Shown here: positions 1-11,616 of the stretch, piece after piece
How the letters are laid out: the number at the start of each line of letters is the position of its first letter
Position numbering within the stretch: position 1 is the first letter of the stretch
From: Saccharolobus solfataricus P2
Lineage (GTDB): Archaea > Thermoproteota > Thermoprotei_A > Sulfolobales > Sulfolobaceae
Assembly (NCBI RefSeq): GCF_000007005.1
Contig: NC_002754.1
DNA: 64,000 bases
Strand: one strand, 5' to 3'
Position numbers and translations under genes: made by a program
The notes under the pieces: generated by a model
What the model was told of the DNA's origin: nothing
Databases searched by the model: none
What the model saw: the letters and a program-made list of their open reading frames with translations, nothing else

Positions 1-1124
<1,124 letters not shown>

Positions 1125-1973
1125 TTGAAGATAGCCTTAGTAGTAGATATAATTAGACAAGAGGAGAAGTTAATAATAAAGGCATTAAATGAAAGACAAA
1201 TAGACTATGACGTAATTAACGTAGGCCAAGAACCTATCCCATTCAATAAAGCACTAAGCAAGTACGATGTTGGTATAATCAGACCAGTAAGTATGTATAG
1301 GGCTCTTTACTCATCTGCGATACTAGAGGCCGCCGGTGTACATACGATAAATTCAACAGACGCTATTGGCACTTGCGGAGATAAGATACTTACATATTCT
1401 AAACTATTTAAACATGGAATTCCAATACCGGACTCAATAATAGCAGCATCTCCAGATGCAGCTATGAAAGCATATGAGCAAATGGGATTCCCACTGATAG
1501 ATAAACCGCCTATCGGAAGTTGGGGAAGGATGGTATCTTTGATAAGAGATGTATATGAGGGAAAGACAATTATAGAGCATAGAGAAATGCTTAATAATTC
1601 AGCGCTAAAAGTACATATTATTCAAGAATATATCAAATACAAAGAAAGAGATATAAGATGTATAGTAATAGGTGATGAGCTATTGGGATGCTATGCAAGA
1701 AATATTCCACCTAATGAGTGGAGAGCAAATGTAGCATTGGGAGGAAATCCTACACCTATTCAGTTAGATGATAACATAAGAGAATTAGCTGTAAAGTCTG
1801 TAAAGTTAGTAAAAGGCGAATTCGTATCTATAGACATATTAGAGCACAAATCAAAAGGATATGTTATAAATGAGCTAAATGATGTTCCAGAATTTAAAGG
1901 ATTTATGCTAGCTACTGGTATCAATGTTGCCGAAAAGCTAGTAGATCACATCGTTAAGACCTACCGAGCTTAG
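1125..1973 (+). CDS. argX: glutamate--LysW ligase ArgX (RimK/LysX family ATP-grasp)
   Basis: [19 protein letters not shown] and [12 protein letters not shown] motifs. TTG start abuts the carB stop. Position after carB favours ArgX over LysX (inference from the known Sulfolobus arg cluster). Confidence 0.8.
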   Translation: MKIALVVDIIRQEEKLIIKALNERQIDYDVINVGQEPIPFNKALSKYDVGIIRPVSMYRALYSSAILEAAGVHTINSTDAIGTCGDKILTYSKLFKHGIPIPDSIIAASPDAAMKAYEQMGFPLIDKPPIGSWGRMVSLIRDVYEGKTIIEHREMLNNSALKVHIIQEYIKYKERDIRCIVIGDELLGCYARNIPPNEWRANVALGGNPTPIQLDDNIRELAVKSVKLVKGEFVSIDILEHKSKGYVINELNDVPEFKGFMLATGINVAEKLVDHIVKTYRA

Positions 1974-2547
1974 CCAGAAAAATATCGTGATTAGTCTCCT
2001 CTAATAGTCTTCTTATGGTATCAATCTTTTGTCTTAGTCCAGGGACCAAGGATTTAGGGTACTCGAAACTCCATAGAAGTTCATATAACTCTTCCATTAT
2101 ATTATATGTATTTTCGGCTTCATCTATTTTATTTTTCTTAAGTAACTCCAATACTCTTCTTCTCATCTCACCTATCGCGTCTGCTATTCCACTTATATAG
2201 TATATGTCTGGAATACCGAGTTCCTTAGAGAGCTTTAACTCAACATCAAAGTACAATGAAATCACTATAGAAGCCTCAGCTAGTTCTTGATACGCAGTTC
2301 CTACATCGCCATATAAAAGTTCTGGGAAACTATCTATAATCTTTTGAATTTCAGATACTTTAGAAATTGCAATCTGATACTTTTTTAATGCCTCTTCTTT
2401 TTTACCCTTGTGAGATAATGAAATTGTCTCCCCGCAATATCTTATTAATTCTCTAGCTAGCATCAATACTCTTTCTCTATTCTCAAATCTTTCTTGAAGT
2501 ACACCACTAATTGAATTAAGATAACCTTTAATTTTCTCAACAAGCAT
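1954..2547 (-). CDS. translin/TRAX family protein
   Basis: All-helical protein with YQELAEA and [17 protein letters not shown] motifs typical of archaeal translin/Trax. Confidence 0.8.
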   Translation of the reverse strand: MLVEKIKGYLNSISGVLQERFENRERVLMLARELIRYCGETISLSHKGKKEEALKKYQIAISKVSEIQKIIDSFPELLYGDVGTAYQELAEASIVISLYFDVELKLSKELGIPDIYYISGIADAIGEMRRRVLELLKKNKIDEAENTYNIMEELYELLWSFEYPKSLVPGLRQKIDTIRRLLEETNHDIFLAKLGRS

Positions 2548-2614
2548 AGTAATTCCACTATATCCGCACTTTTAACTCTATCCATTAATAGAAATTTACT
2601 TATACTTCTTAAAC

Positions 2615-3589
2615 ATGTTTATACATATGAAATCAATTAATAAGGTAGCCGTAATAGGAGCCGGGGTAATAGGCGTAGGGTGGACCACTCTTTTACTAGC
2701 GAAAGGTTATAAAGTAAATTTGTATACGGAAAAGAAAGAAACCTTAGAAAAAGCTTTAGCAAAAGTATCAGCTTATTTAGTTAATCTGAAAAATCTTGGA
2801 ATGATAAATGAAGAACCAGAATCCTACATAACAAATCTAACTGGAATCACGAAAATTGATGACGCAATCCATAATGTGGATTTTGTAATAGAAGCTATAA
2901 TTGAGGATTATACTGCTAAGAAGAATTTATTCAAACTACTTGATACTCAATTGCCTCAAGACATAATAATTGCGAGTAGCACTTCTGGTTTATTAATGAC
3001 TGAAATCCAAAAAGCTATGATAAGACATCCAGAAAGAGGAGTAATTGCTCATCCGTGGAATCCCCCACATCTATTGCCTTTAGTTGAAATAGTACCGGGC
3101 GAGAAAACGTCAAAGGAGACAGTAGATTTGACTAGAGAATTTATGGAAAAGTTAGATAGGGTAGTAGTGCTACTGAGGAAGGAAGTCCCCGGGTTTATAG
3201 GAAATAGATTGGCCTTCGCTTTATTTAGAGAAGCGGTGAATTTAGTTGATGAAGGAGTAGCCACAGTTGAAGATATAGATAAAGTAATGACAGCTGCCAT
3301 AGGTCTAAGATGGGCATTTATGGGGCCATTCTTAACTTATCATTTAGGTGGAGGTGAAGGAGGAATCGAATACTTCTTTAGTAAAGGATTCGGATATGGT
3401 GCAAATGAATGGATGCACACTTTGGCAAAGTGGGACAAATTCCCATATACTGCGGTCAAAAAGGTATTGGAGCAAATGAAAGAATACGAATTTATAAAAG
3501 GAAAGAGCTTTCAAGATCTATCTAGATGGAGAGACGAGAAGCTAGTAACAATTTATAAGGCAGTATATAAGGAAAAATGTAATTCATAA
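2615..3589 (+). CDS. 3-hydroxyacyl-CoA dehydrogenase family protein (lambda-crystallin/carnitine dehydrogenase-like)
   Basis: GAGVIG Rossmann motif, [26 protein letters not shown]. Alternative ATG at 2627. Confidence 0.85.
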   Translation: MFIHMKSINKVAVIGAGVIGVGWTTLLLAKGYKVNLYTEKKETLEKALAKVSAYLVNLKNLGMINEEPESYITNLTGITKIDDAIHNVDFVIEAIIEDYTAKKNLFKLLDTQLPQDIIIASSTSGLLMTEIQKAMIRHPERGVIAHPWNPPHLLPLVEIVPGEKTSKETVDLTREFMEKLDRVVVLLRKEVPGFIGNRLAFALFREAVNLVDEGVATVEDIDKVMTAAIGLRWAFMGPFLTYHLGGGEGGIEYFFSKGFGYGANEWMHTLAKWDKFPYTAVKKVLEQMKEYEFIKGKSFQDLSRWRDEKLVTIYKAVYKEKCNS

Positions 3590-3605
3590 TATTACCAATT
3601 TTAAC

Positions 3606-4142
3606 TTACTCTCTAAATTCTAAGATTCCTAAACTCTCAAGTAAACCAGAATCCGTTACATCAAATAGAATACAATCATCGTCTCCAGTATTTACATGGT
3701 AATGAATTTCATTTGCGGGCACTACGAAAACATCACCTGCCTTCCACTCTATCTTCTCCTTTCCGATAACCGAGTATCCTCGACCCCTAAAAACAAGATA
3801 TATTGACGCCATATTATGAGAATGGGGTTTAGTCGCAATTCCAGGTTTAATTAACTGGAACCCTGCCATCATCGTAGGCGTTAGTCCCCTATTTCTGCAA
3901 GTTGAAGGGGAGAAGAACATTATTTTCGCTACACCATTCTGTATCTTCCCAGACTCTGCAATTCTCTCTAATAGAGGCAACACTTTCTCAAATTTTATTA
4001 ATTTTGGTTTAACCTTCTCAGGGGGATTAGTGTACTCCATAAAAGTTACTACTTTTAGATCATCTTGTTCAATTTGTTTCACTAATTCTTCTACTTCTCC
4101 TTTTAATACATCTTGTTTGTCAACTCTTTTTAAAACTTCCAT
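3606..4142 (-). CDS. cupin domain protein (gentisate 1,2-dioxygenase-like)
   Basis: PHSHN...GRGYS and [16 protein letters not shown] cupin metal motifs. Confidence 0.75.
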   Translation of the reverse strand: MEVLKRVDKQDVLKGEVEELVKQIEQDDLKVVTFMEYTNPPEKVKPKLIKFEKVLPLLERIAESGKIQNGVAKIMFFSPSTCRNRGLTPTMMAGFQLIKPGIATKPHSHNMASIYLVFRGRGYSVIGKEKIEWKAGDVFVVPANEIHYHVNTGDDDCILFDVTDSGLLESLGILEFRE

Positions 4143-4243
4143 ATGATGATTATGTTTAAACTGCTTAAAAAGATGACTATTATAAAATAGACATTATAAA
4201 ATAATTATAAGATTTGAATGGAAGCGAGAGATAGAAATGTGTT

Positions 4244-4795
4244 TTATTTTATAACTAGCAGTGTAATTAAAGCAGTAATAATTCCCGCTACTATTAGCTG
4301 AACCATTGTGCTAATCTTAGCTTTAATTCCCTCACCATAAAGCAACCCTAAAACTGCTAAACTTGATATCCCTACACCTAAGGATAGCATAGTACTATGA
4401 GAATATTCATATGCGTAAAGTACTAGCAAGCCTAAGAATGGAGAAATGCCATGGGCAATAGCAGCTAAGGCTGCAGCTATCCTTGCACTATAGTCATATA
4501 TAGTACCTTTTAGACTCTTTAGAACTTGCTTTTCTATTTTCTCTAATTCAGTTTTTTTCTCCCCCAGCTCTACTACTAGCGCATTCCATGTGGATGAAAT
4601 TGCAGTAGCTATTATCCCACTATATATCGATAAGGAAATACTGGTTAGGCCAATATGTGAGATCACGCCTGCCAACAAAATCGATAAGGTCAATAAAATA
4701 CCATCGAATGCACCTAACACTATATAGCGTCTAATCGAAGATTTTAATTCATATTTTACCACGTATTTTAACGCTTCATATAACTTATTTGCCAC
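4244..4795 (-). CDS. VIT1/CCC1-like membrane protein
   Basis: VLGAFDGIL first-helix motif followed by several hydrophobic helices. Confidence 0.65.
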   Translation of the reverse strand: MANKLYEALKYVVKYELKSSIRRYIVLGAFDGILLTLSILLAGVISHIGLTSISLSIYSGIIATAISSTWNALVVELGEKKTELEKIEKQVLKSLKGTIYDYSARIAAALAAIAHGISPFLGLLVLYAYEYSHSTMLSLGVGISSLAVLGLLYGEGIKAKISTMVQLIVAGIITALITLLVIK

Positions 4796-4835
4796 ATTCC
4801 AAATTAGGATTGAACTTTTATATTAGATTAATGCA

Positions 4836-5246
4836 GTGCTTTTGATGAATAGACAGATTCTCTTAGCGTTAGCACTACTAGTAATAGTAGTAATGGCCAT
4901 AGGAGTTTACGAGGGAAATAAATATAGAACAGAAATTAGTACAGTAGCGTTAGGTAGTCAGCAGACAGATGGAATGTATATGTTGAAGGTTAACGTGATA
5001 ATGAATTATGGACCATTTGGTGGAAAGTCTCCTCTATCCAATGCGGTGATTTGGGTCTATAAATATAATGGAACTACATATTCATTCTATACTTATAATT
5101 TCACTAACTCACAAGGGATAGCATCTTTTAATTTACCAGCAGGACAGTATAAGATCTTGGTAACACAGTTACGTTTAACCTATATAGTTAACTTAAATCA
5201 AAACGAAGAAGTTATAATTAACTATGCCTATTTAAACAGTGGATGA
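4836..5246 (+). CDS. membrane-anchored or secreted protein with carboxypeptidase-regulatory-like beta domain
   Basis: N-terminal hydrophobic helix, then TNSQGIASFNLPAGQYKILV beta-sandwich pattern. Confidence 0.6.
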   Translation: MLLMNRQILLALALLVIVVMAIGVYEGNKYRTEISTVALGSQQTDGMYMLKVNVIMNYGPFGGKSPLSNAVIWVYKYNGTTYSFYTYNFTNSQGIASFNLPAGQYKILVTQLRLTYIVNLNQNEEVIINYAYLNSG

Positions 5247-5298
5247 GGATTACGGGAGTACAACTGAGGAGAATGATGTAGTGGTCCTTCACTGATAA
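5236..5298 (+). ncRNA. box C/D guide sRNA with two predicted 16S rRNA guides
   Basis: Variant C box UGGAUGA 5240-5246, D' CUGA 5264-5267, C' AUGAUGU 5273-5279, D CUGA 5292-5295. Guides CGGGAGUAC and GUGGUCCUUC are complementary to recalled Sulfolobales 16S segments GUACUCCCG and GGAGGACCAC. Confidence 0.8.
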
Positions 5299-5329
5299 AA
5301 ATTTATTTTAATTCCCTTCTTTTATATTA

Positions 5330-5821
5330 TTGATGAGCATAAAAATAGATGTTGTAAGAATAGATATACCAGAAGGAACTAATGTAATTATAGGGCAGTC
5401 TCATTTTATTAAGACAGTTGAAGACTTGTATGAGACCTTATCGTCAAGTAGCCCGAATCTAAAGTTCGGCATAGCATTCAACGAAGCTAGCAGTAAAAGA
5501 CTTATAAGGTATGATGGAAACGATCAAGAGCTGATTAAGCTTGCAATTGAGAACGCAAAGAAAATAGGCGCAGGCCACGTTTTTGTGATCTACCTAAAGA
5601 ACGGTTATCCAATTAATGTCTTGAATAGAATAAAAAACGTAGAGGAAGTTGTTAGAATATTCGTAGCTACAGCTAACCCATTACAAGTTATAGTAGCTGA
5701 AACAGATCAAGGAAGAGGTGTAATTGGTGTAGTAGATGGGTACGCCCCATTAGGTGTTGAGTCCGAGGCTGATATACAAGAGAGGAAGGAGTTCTTGAGG
5801 AAGATCGGATATAAGAGATAA
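5330..5821 (+). CDS. adenosine-specific kinase family protein (DUF355)
   Basis: [22 protein letters not shown] and [25 protein letters not shown] motifs. Confidence 0.85.
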   Translation: MMSIKIDVVRIDIPEGTNVIIGQSHFIKTVEDLYETLSSSSPNLKFGIAFNEASSKRLIRYDGNDQELIKLAIENAKKIGAGHVFVIYLKNGYPINVLNRIKNVEEVVRIFVATANPLQVIVAETDQGRGVIGVVDGYAPLGVESEADIQERKEFLRKIGYKR

Positions 5822-6202
5822 GGCTTTTTCCATCAACATATCAGAAACCTCAATTTCCCCTTTTAGATACTTAATTAAAGAGGCACAGAGCAAAATTATT
5901 GCTTGCAAAAATTTTTTGTCGTCCTTATTTTTTACCTCTCTCCATTTTTCCTCTATAATCTCATGACATTCCCAAAATCTCATTTCATAAAATAACGGTT
6001 TAAATGTACCACTGATCTCGGTAACCATAAATAATGGTTCGCCAATTAAGGATATAACCTTTCTAGGATCGTCCATTATATCTACTTCAACATATTTCCC
6101 TATCCTAACGTCTATTACATTGATGTTTTTACTCCTTAGAAATTTCTTTAGATCATCGTTAAATATTCCCTTCTTATAGAATAATAAAACCCTACCCAAC
6201 AT
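5750..6202 (-). CDS. DUF309 family protein
   Basis: [12 protein letters not shown] and [14 protein letters not shown] pattern. Overlaps the convergent gene by 72 nt. Confidence 0.7.
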   Translation of the reverse strand: MLGRVLLFYKKGIFNDDLKKFLRSKNINVIDVRIGKYVEVDIMDDPRKVISLIGEPLFMVTEISGTFKPLFYEMRFWECHEIIEEKWREVKNKDDKKFLQAIILLCASLIKYLKGEIEVSDMLMEKALSLISDLPQELLPLLYISLGLNT

Positions 6203-6263
6203 TTACATTACACTCTATCTAATACAAAATATTTTTTACCCTTTAAGAGAAATAGCATAACAT

Positions 6264-7319
6264 ATGACTAAAGAAGCAGTACTGTATAAAAAAGAGGATG
6301 GTAGAATTCGTTGTTTGGCTTGTGCTAGAAAATGTCTAATAGGAGAGGGACAAGTAGGGTTTTGTGGTGTGAGATCAGTTAGAAATGGAAAACTATACCT
6401 TGATGTTTATGGGAAAATAGCAGCTGCTCATATAGACCCTATTGAGAAGAAACCTCTAGTACACTTTAACCCAGGTTCAAAGGTTTTCTCATTTTCAACA
6501 TATGGATGTAATTGGATGTGTATGTATTGTCAAAATTATGATATAAGCCAAAGGCGTAAAGCTGAGGGAGTAGAACTATCACCAGAAGAGATTGTTGAAC
6601 TGGCAATGGGGTACGATGTGGATGGAATGACATATACTTATAATGAACCGGCAATATTCTCTGAATTTGCACATGACGTTGGTATTGTAGCAAAAAGGTA
6701 TGGCCTATTTAATACTATGGTATCAAATGGGTATTGGACGCCAAATCTCGTGGACTATGTAAAGGACTTTCTGGATGCTGTTACAATAGACTTTAAGGGA
6801 AATGGGGAACAGAAGTTTTTAAGAAGATATACTGGCGCTACATCTGCGGAGCCCATTATCGAGACTGCGAGTGAGTTATCGAAAAAAGGGATTCATGTGG
6901 AAATTACAGACTTAATAATACCGCAAATAGGCGATGATCTACAAGCAGCAAAACAACTTTTAACTAAACTGTACGATCAACTAGGCGCAGATATACCGAT
7001 TCATTTCTTAAGATTTCACCCTGATTATAAATTAAATTATATACCGTGGACTCCAGTTGAGACACTGGAGAGGCATTATAAATTAGCAAAGGAACTAGGT
7101 TTCAAATTTGTTTATGTAGGAAATGTCCCTGGACATCCTTATGAGAATACATATTGCCCAAACTGCGGTAATTTAGTAATAAGAAGATATAGCTTCGATA
7201 TTTTGGAATGGCACCTCACTGAGGATATGAGGTGTAAGTTCTGTGGATATAAGTTACCTATAAGAGGAAAGTTATCTAGACACGCATTCAAGGAAAGATT
7301 CGAGCCAGTATTTATTTAG
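6264..7319 (+). CDS. AmmeMemoRadiSam system radical SAM enzyme (PFL-activase-like)
   Basis: N-terminal CLACARKC...[25 protein letters not shown] (CxxxCxxC), C-terminal CPNCG...CKFCG. Confidence 0.85.
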   Translation: MTKEAVLYKKEDGRIRCLACARKCLIGEGQVGFCGVRSVRNGKLYLDVYGKIAAAHIDPIEKKPLVHFNPGSKVFSFSTYGCNWMCMYCQNYDISQRRKAEGVELSPEEIVELAMGYDVDGMTYTYNEPAIFSEFAHDVGIVAKRYGLFNTMVSNGYWTPNLVDYVKDFLDAVTIDFKGNGEQKFLRRYTGATSAEPIIETASELSKKGIHVEITDLIIPQIGDDLQAAKQLLTKLYDQLGADIPIHFLRFHPDYKLNYIPWTPVETLERHYKLAKELGFKFVYVGNVPGHPYENTYCPNCGNLVIRRYSFDILEWHLTEDMRCKFCGYKLPIRGKLSRHAFKERFEPVFI

Positions 7320-8070
7320 ACCTCCTTGAAAGGAACTCATTAACTCTTTTCTTCTCTTCCTCCGTTGCAAATGCGATACCCCATCCTAAACTTTCTAACG
7401 TTAAACCACTCAGTATTGGAGCGTCGTTACCATAATTTACTACAGTCTTTATTAATCTTATAGCTATTTGTGGCTTTTCGGCAAGTTTCAAAGCCAATTC
7501 CCTTACCTCTTTTTCAAGAGATGAAGGTTCTACAACTCTATTTACAAGGCCTATTCTCTCCGCATAATCGGCTTTTATTATATCACCTAACATGATAATT
7601 TCCATCGCTCTCCCTTTTCCAATTAGCCTAACCAATCTCTGAGTACCGCCGAATCCGGGATAAATTCCCAAATTAATTTCTGGTAATCCTAGTTCTGCAA
7701 TTTGGGAAGCAATTCTAAGGTCACAACTCAATGCTAGCTCTAAACCTCCACCTAGCGCATATCCATTTATCATGGCTATGGTAGGCTTAGGATACCTTTC
7801 AATATAATCCATTAGTTCTCTTCCCTTTATAGCAAATTCCCAAGCTTTAACTGGGTCTAAATCTTTAAACTGAGAAATATCAGCTCCAGCTGAAAAGGCC
7901 TTTCCAGAACCCGTAAATATAACAACCTTAATTTTATCATTGTCTACAATTTGCCTTAAAATATCTCCAATTTCCCTTATCATAATCGAGTTAATTGAAT
8001 TTAATTTGTCTGGTCTATTTAATACTATCCATTCTATTGGGGGTTCTTCTTTTGTAACTATTGTCTCCAT
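7312..8070 (-). CDS. enoyl-CoA hydratase, probably 3-hydroxypropionyl-CoA dehydratase (3HP/4HB cycle)
   Basis: Crotonase motifs [18 protein letters not shown] and [17 protein letters not shown]. Resembles the characterised Sulfolobales 3-HP-CoA dehydratase as I recall it. Confidence 0.75.
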   Translation of the reverse strand: METIVTKEEPPIEWIVLNRPDKLNSINSIMIREIGDILRQIVDNDKIKVVIFTGSGKAFSAGADISQFKDLDPVKAWEFAIKGRELMDYIERYPKPTIAMINGYALGGGLELALSCDLRIASQIAELGLPEINLGIYPGFGGTQRLVRLIGKGRAMEIIMLGDIIKADYAERIGLVNRVVEPSSLEKEVRELALKLAEKPQIAIRLIKTVVNYGNDAPILSGLTLESLGWGIAFATEEEKKRVNEFLSRRSK

Positions 8071-8142
8071 TGATAGAAACCCTCAAAGAATATGATGCAC
8101 CGCAATATTTATCTTTTTAAGCTTTAAGTAGTAATAGTACAT

Positions 8143-8694
8143 GTGACTAGGAGAGATATAATAATATCAATAATATCAGCACTGCCACCGATAATAGGAA
8201 CTACTATTACATCGTTTATTATGAGTAGAAGATATGGAGATCTAAAAGAAGTAATTAAGTATGTAATAATAGGCTTACCAGTTACCTTAGCTATTACCTA
8301 TTACTTGATTCTAAACATATTTCCAAAATACGTAGATTACTTAATAGCAATTCCCGCGCTTTTACCATTACCAATCTCATTTCTCTTAACTAGAAATAAC
8401 ATTTCAATCAACTATAGTGAAGACTATATTGAGATAAAGTTTAAAATACCAATTAATATGACCTCCCATGATCCACATGAATTGTTTAATTATGTATTTA
8501 ATAAGGCATTAGGTAAAATTAGAAACCCTTATTACCATTATAAATTGTCTGCAGCTGCAAACTGCTCTGGACTAAAGGTATCTTATCAAAATGAGGATAA
8601 GTTAGTAATAAGAAGAAAATGCGGAGATATAGATATTAGAATTATAATCTCCTCTAAGAAAATAGCTGATATGGTAATAGATATCTCATATTAA
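8143..8694 (+). CDS. hypothetical membrane protein
   Basis: Three N-terminal hydrophobic segments then a soluble domain. GTG start. Confidence 0.55.
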
Positions 8695-9546
8695 TTTAAT
8701 TATTATTATACTTAAAAGTATTAACATTAGGTAAATATTTGAAAATATGAAGGATTTCATTGCTTCTTCCTTGGTTGGATTAAGTATTAACCTATAAGAA
8801 AGAAACAATAATAATGCACTTAAAACAGAAAACACTATAAGCGCTATAAGGCTAATGTAGTATCCCATCAAAAGTACAATAGGAATCATTAAGGCATTAG
8901 AAGTTGCTATTGCCCTTGCAGAAGTAGTTATACCGACCACAGCAGGTAACATTGGATAATGAGCGTTAATGTAATCCTCTCTATATTTTAGTGCCAACGA
9001 CCAGAAATGGCCTGGAGTCCACATAAATATTAGAAAACCTAAAAGAAATGCTTCTAAAGTTAAAGAATTAGTTAAAGACGTATAACCAGCCCAAGCTGCA
9101 GCACTACCAGCAAATCCACCTATTACTATGTTTAGCCATGTCCTAGGTTTCAATAGGATCGTATATACGAATACATATATTATTACCCCTAGTGCTATAA
9201 AGAAAGCAGTTAAAGCGTTATCTATAAAACCTAATGCTGTACCTAAAACTGCTAGAAGTGAGCCCACTACTATAACTTCTTTCCTACTGACATAGCCAAC
9301 TACTGTAGGTCTATTTGATGTTCTAGACATTACTTTGTCTCTATTTATTTCTATTCCACTATTAATTATCATTGCACCCATTGACGCTAATGTACCTCCA
9401 ATAAGCATAGGAATGATTGGTAAAAGTGAAATGCCGTGTTTGTACGCCAGAAAAGCCCCAGCAATTGCTGCCAAATCAAGAAGACTTACCACACCAAGTT
9501 TACCTAATTTTAAATAAGCCTTTATTTTCTGCTGTAAGCTCATCAA
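8686..9546 (-). CDS. ctaB: protoheme IX farnesyltransferase (heme O synthase)
   Basis: UbiA family: [32 protein letters not shown]. Confidence 0.9.
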
Positions 9547-9578
9547 GTTACAATTGTATTATAAGAATAAAAAAATTG

Positions 9579-10523
9579 TCATAAACATCCTTCCAATAAT
9601 AACACTAAATCTGAAAGGGCACCGTATGCAGCATTTATCGGACCTGCACCTGGACCTCTAATGATAATCCTCTGTATTTCATTTTGAATTTCTAGTGCAT
9701 TTTCAACTCCATCTATATAGTATAAGGGATCTTGAGGCCCTATAATTTGAGGAGAAACTTGAACTACATAGTTATCTGCATAGGCTATTAGTTTTATTTT
9801 CTTACCTTCGCTTTTAGCCCTTCTAATCTCCTCATTAGTAATCTCAGTTATTCCCTTGAATTTGAAATCACCTAATTTTAGACTTCTGTTCATAATAAAG
9901 TTGGATAAAATTGTCAGTTTTGCTGCTGCATCGAATCCATTAAGATCTAAAGTTGGGTCTTCCTCTGCATAGCCTTTCTCTTTTGCCTCTTTCAAAGCTT
10001 CATTAAAACTTAATCCTTCATAAATTCTGGTTAAAATGTAATTTGTAGTACCATTAAGAATTCCCCTAATCCTAGAGACTTCAGCCACTGGTTGAATCCT
10101 AAAAAGATTAATAGAAGGAGTACCACTCATTACAGTTCCTTGAAATCCAATTTTGGCACCAGTTTTCTCAGCAACTTCAAATATCTCTCTAAACTTTAGG
10201 GCTAGCGGTGCTTTATTGACTGTTATTACGTGAATTTTTCTTGATAATGCCTTTATATAAGCACTAACAGATGGCTCACCGTCTTTATAATTAGGTACTG
10301 ACATATCGACTATTACATCAGGGTTTATATAATCAATCGCCTCTAAGACAGTCAATTGCTTATCTGGAGAAAAATTCTCCTTATCTCCGACCATTAGTCC
10401 TTGCCTAGTTATTATTCCTGCAATCTCAACACCTTGCAATATTGGATAGTTATCTTTCTTTTCATGTAATAGCCTTCTAAATGCCTTTCCAACATTACCA
10501 TATCCAATTAAAAGTAACTTCAT
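9579..10523 (-). CDS. hom: homoserine dehydrogenase
   Basis: GYGNVG, TVNKAP, GILNGTTNYIL, GYAEEDPTLDLNGFDAAAKL. Confidence 0.92.
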   Translation of the reverse strand: MKLLLIGYGNVGKAFRRLLHEKKDNYPILQGVEIAGIITRQGLMVGDKENFSPDKQLTVLEAIDYINPDVIVDMSVPNYKDGEPSVSAYIKALSRKIHVITVNKAPLALKFREIFEVAEKTGAKIGFQGTVMSGTPSINLFRIQPVAEVSRIRGILNGTTNYILTRIYEGLSFNEALKEAKEKGYAEEDPTLDLNGFDAAAKLTILSNFIMNRSLKLGDFKFKGITEITNEEIRRAKSEGKKIKLIAYADNYVVQVSPQIIGPQDPLYYIDGVENALEIQNEIQRIIIRGPGAGPINAAYGALSDLVLLLEGCL

Positions 10524-11194
10524 CTAATCACCATAGTATTATATTCTCTCTTTCCATTACACACTTTTTCTAATAAATCTGCTACACGATCTACTGCATA
10601 CTTGACCAGATTTTCATCAATATTAGGGACTCCAGCTCCAATTATAACAACGTTTTTAACGTTTAAGGTTATACTAGTCAAGACTGAATCTCTATGAGGA
10701 TATATGTGAAGAACCTTACCTTCATCATCAACTAGTATTGGTATTCCCTTGTCTAGTTTTTCCTTTTTTTTACCTAACCCTAAAAACTCTTCATTACCCT
10801 TAGACATGACCAAATGCAAATCACCTACGATCTTATCCCTATCATATAAACCTATGGGAACTAAAGTTTCGGCACTCACTATGTTTCCTATGTCAACAAC
10901 TATATTAATTCTAGGAAGTTTATTCCCTCTAGCTAATCTCCTTCTAAGAGCCTCACCACTAGGCCTAGTTTTAGTTGGATCTATCCCTATCCTCCAATAG
11001 AAGTCCCTATAAGCCCTAACTACTGGGTCATTTCTTAAGGACTCTACATCTTGAGAAGCATACTTTTCTTCAAGATTTCTAATTATATCATCCAACGTAT
11101 CTAGAGGTCTTTTAGCGTCTACATTACTCACTTCAGTCATTGCTACAAAAACCCCTAGCCTTCTAACATCCTCAGAAATACTAAGTCTTTTCAT
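10520..11194 (-). CDS. B3/B4 tRNA-binding/editing domain protein
   Basis: RAYRDFYWRIGIDPTKTRPSGEALRRR and LPRINIVVDIGN motifs. Confidence 0.85.
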   Translation of the reverse strand: MKRLSISEDVRRLGVFVAMTEVSNVDAKRPLDTLDDIIRNLEEKYASQDVESLRNDPVVRAYRDFYWRIGIDPTKTRPSGEALRRRLARGNKLPRINIVVDIGNIVSAETLVPIGLYDRDKIVGDLHLVMSKGNEEFLGLGKKKEKLDKGIPILVDDEGKVLHIYPHRDSVLTSITLNVKNVVIIGAGVPNIDENLVKYAVDRVADLLEKVCNGKREYNTMVIR

Positions 11195-11582
11195 AAGGAA
11201 AAGATATTAATAGCCTGGCTTTAAGGATTCCCCTAATTTGGCCTAATTTATTGTTTAACTCAACAAGCTTCCTTTTCTCTCCCTTTACAGCTATGGCCTC
11301 TATACATATCTTTTCACTAACGTGTAAGTGCAATGTAGAAATTATACTATCGTTATATTCATGCTGAATTTCAGTTAACGCTTCAGATGCTTCCTCATGA
11401 TCATATACCAGATTTATAATACCATAGATGATCTCATTGCCGTCCCTATTCTCATCTAGATAATTCCTCAAAGCTATCTGAAAGATCTTGGATCTATCGG
11501 GTATACCTTTTCGTATAATGAAATCCTCTAGTTCCCTATAAAGTTCTTTTGGCAAAGATATACTTATCTTTTCAGCGCTCAT
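11181..11582 (-). CDS. NikR-family nickel-responsive regulator
   Basis: N-terminal ribbon-helix-helix (KISISLP), C-terminal IQHEY...STLHLH...CIE Ni-site pattern. Confidence 0.8.
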   Translation of the reverse strand: MSAEKISISLPKELYRELEDFIIRKGIPDRSKIFQIALRNYLDENRDGNEIIYGIINLVYDHEEASEALTEIQHEYNDSIISTLHLHVSEKICIEAIAVKGEKRKLVELNNKLGQIRGILKARLLISFPYEKT

Positions 11583-11616
11583 TGATATTATATACTCAAG
11601 AGAGTATTAAAGTAAT

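Noticed and set aside
4143-4243. ATGATGA at 4143 and ATTATAAAATA direct repeats
   Set aside because: No downstream D box. The repeats are low-complexity AT sequence in the cupin promoter region.
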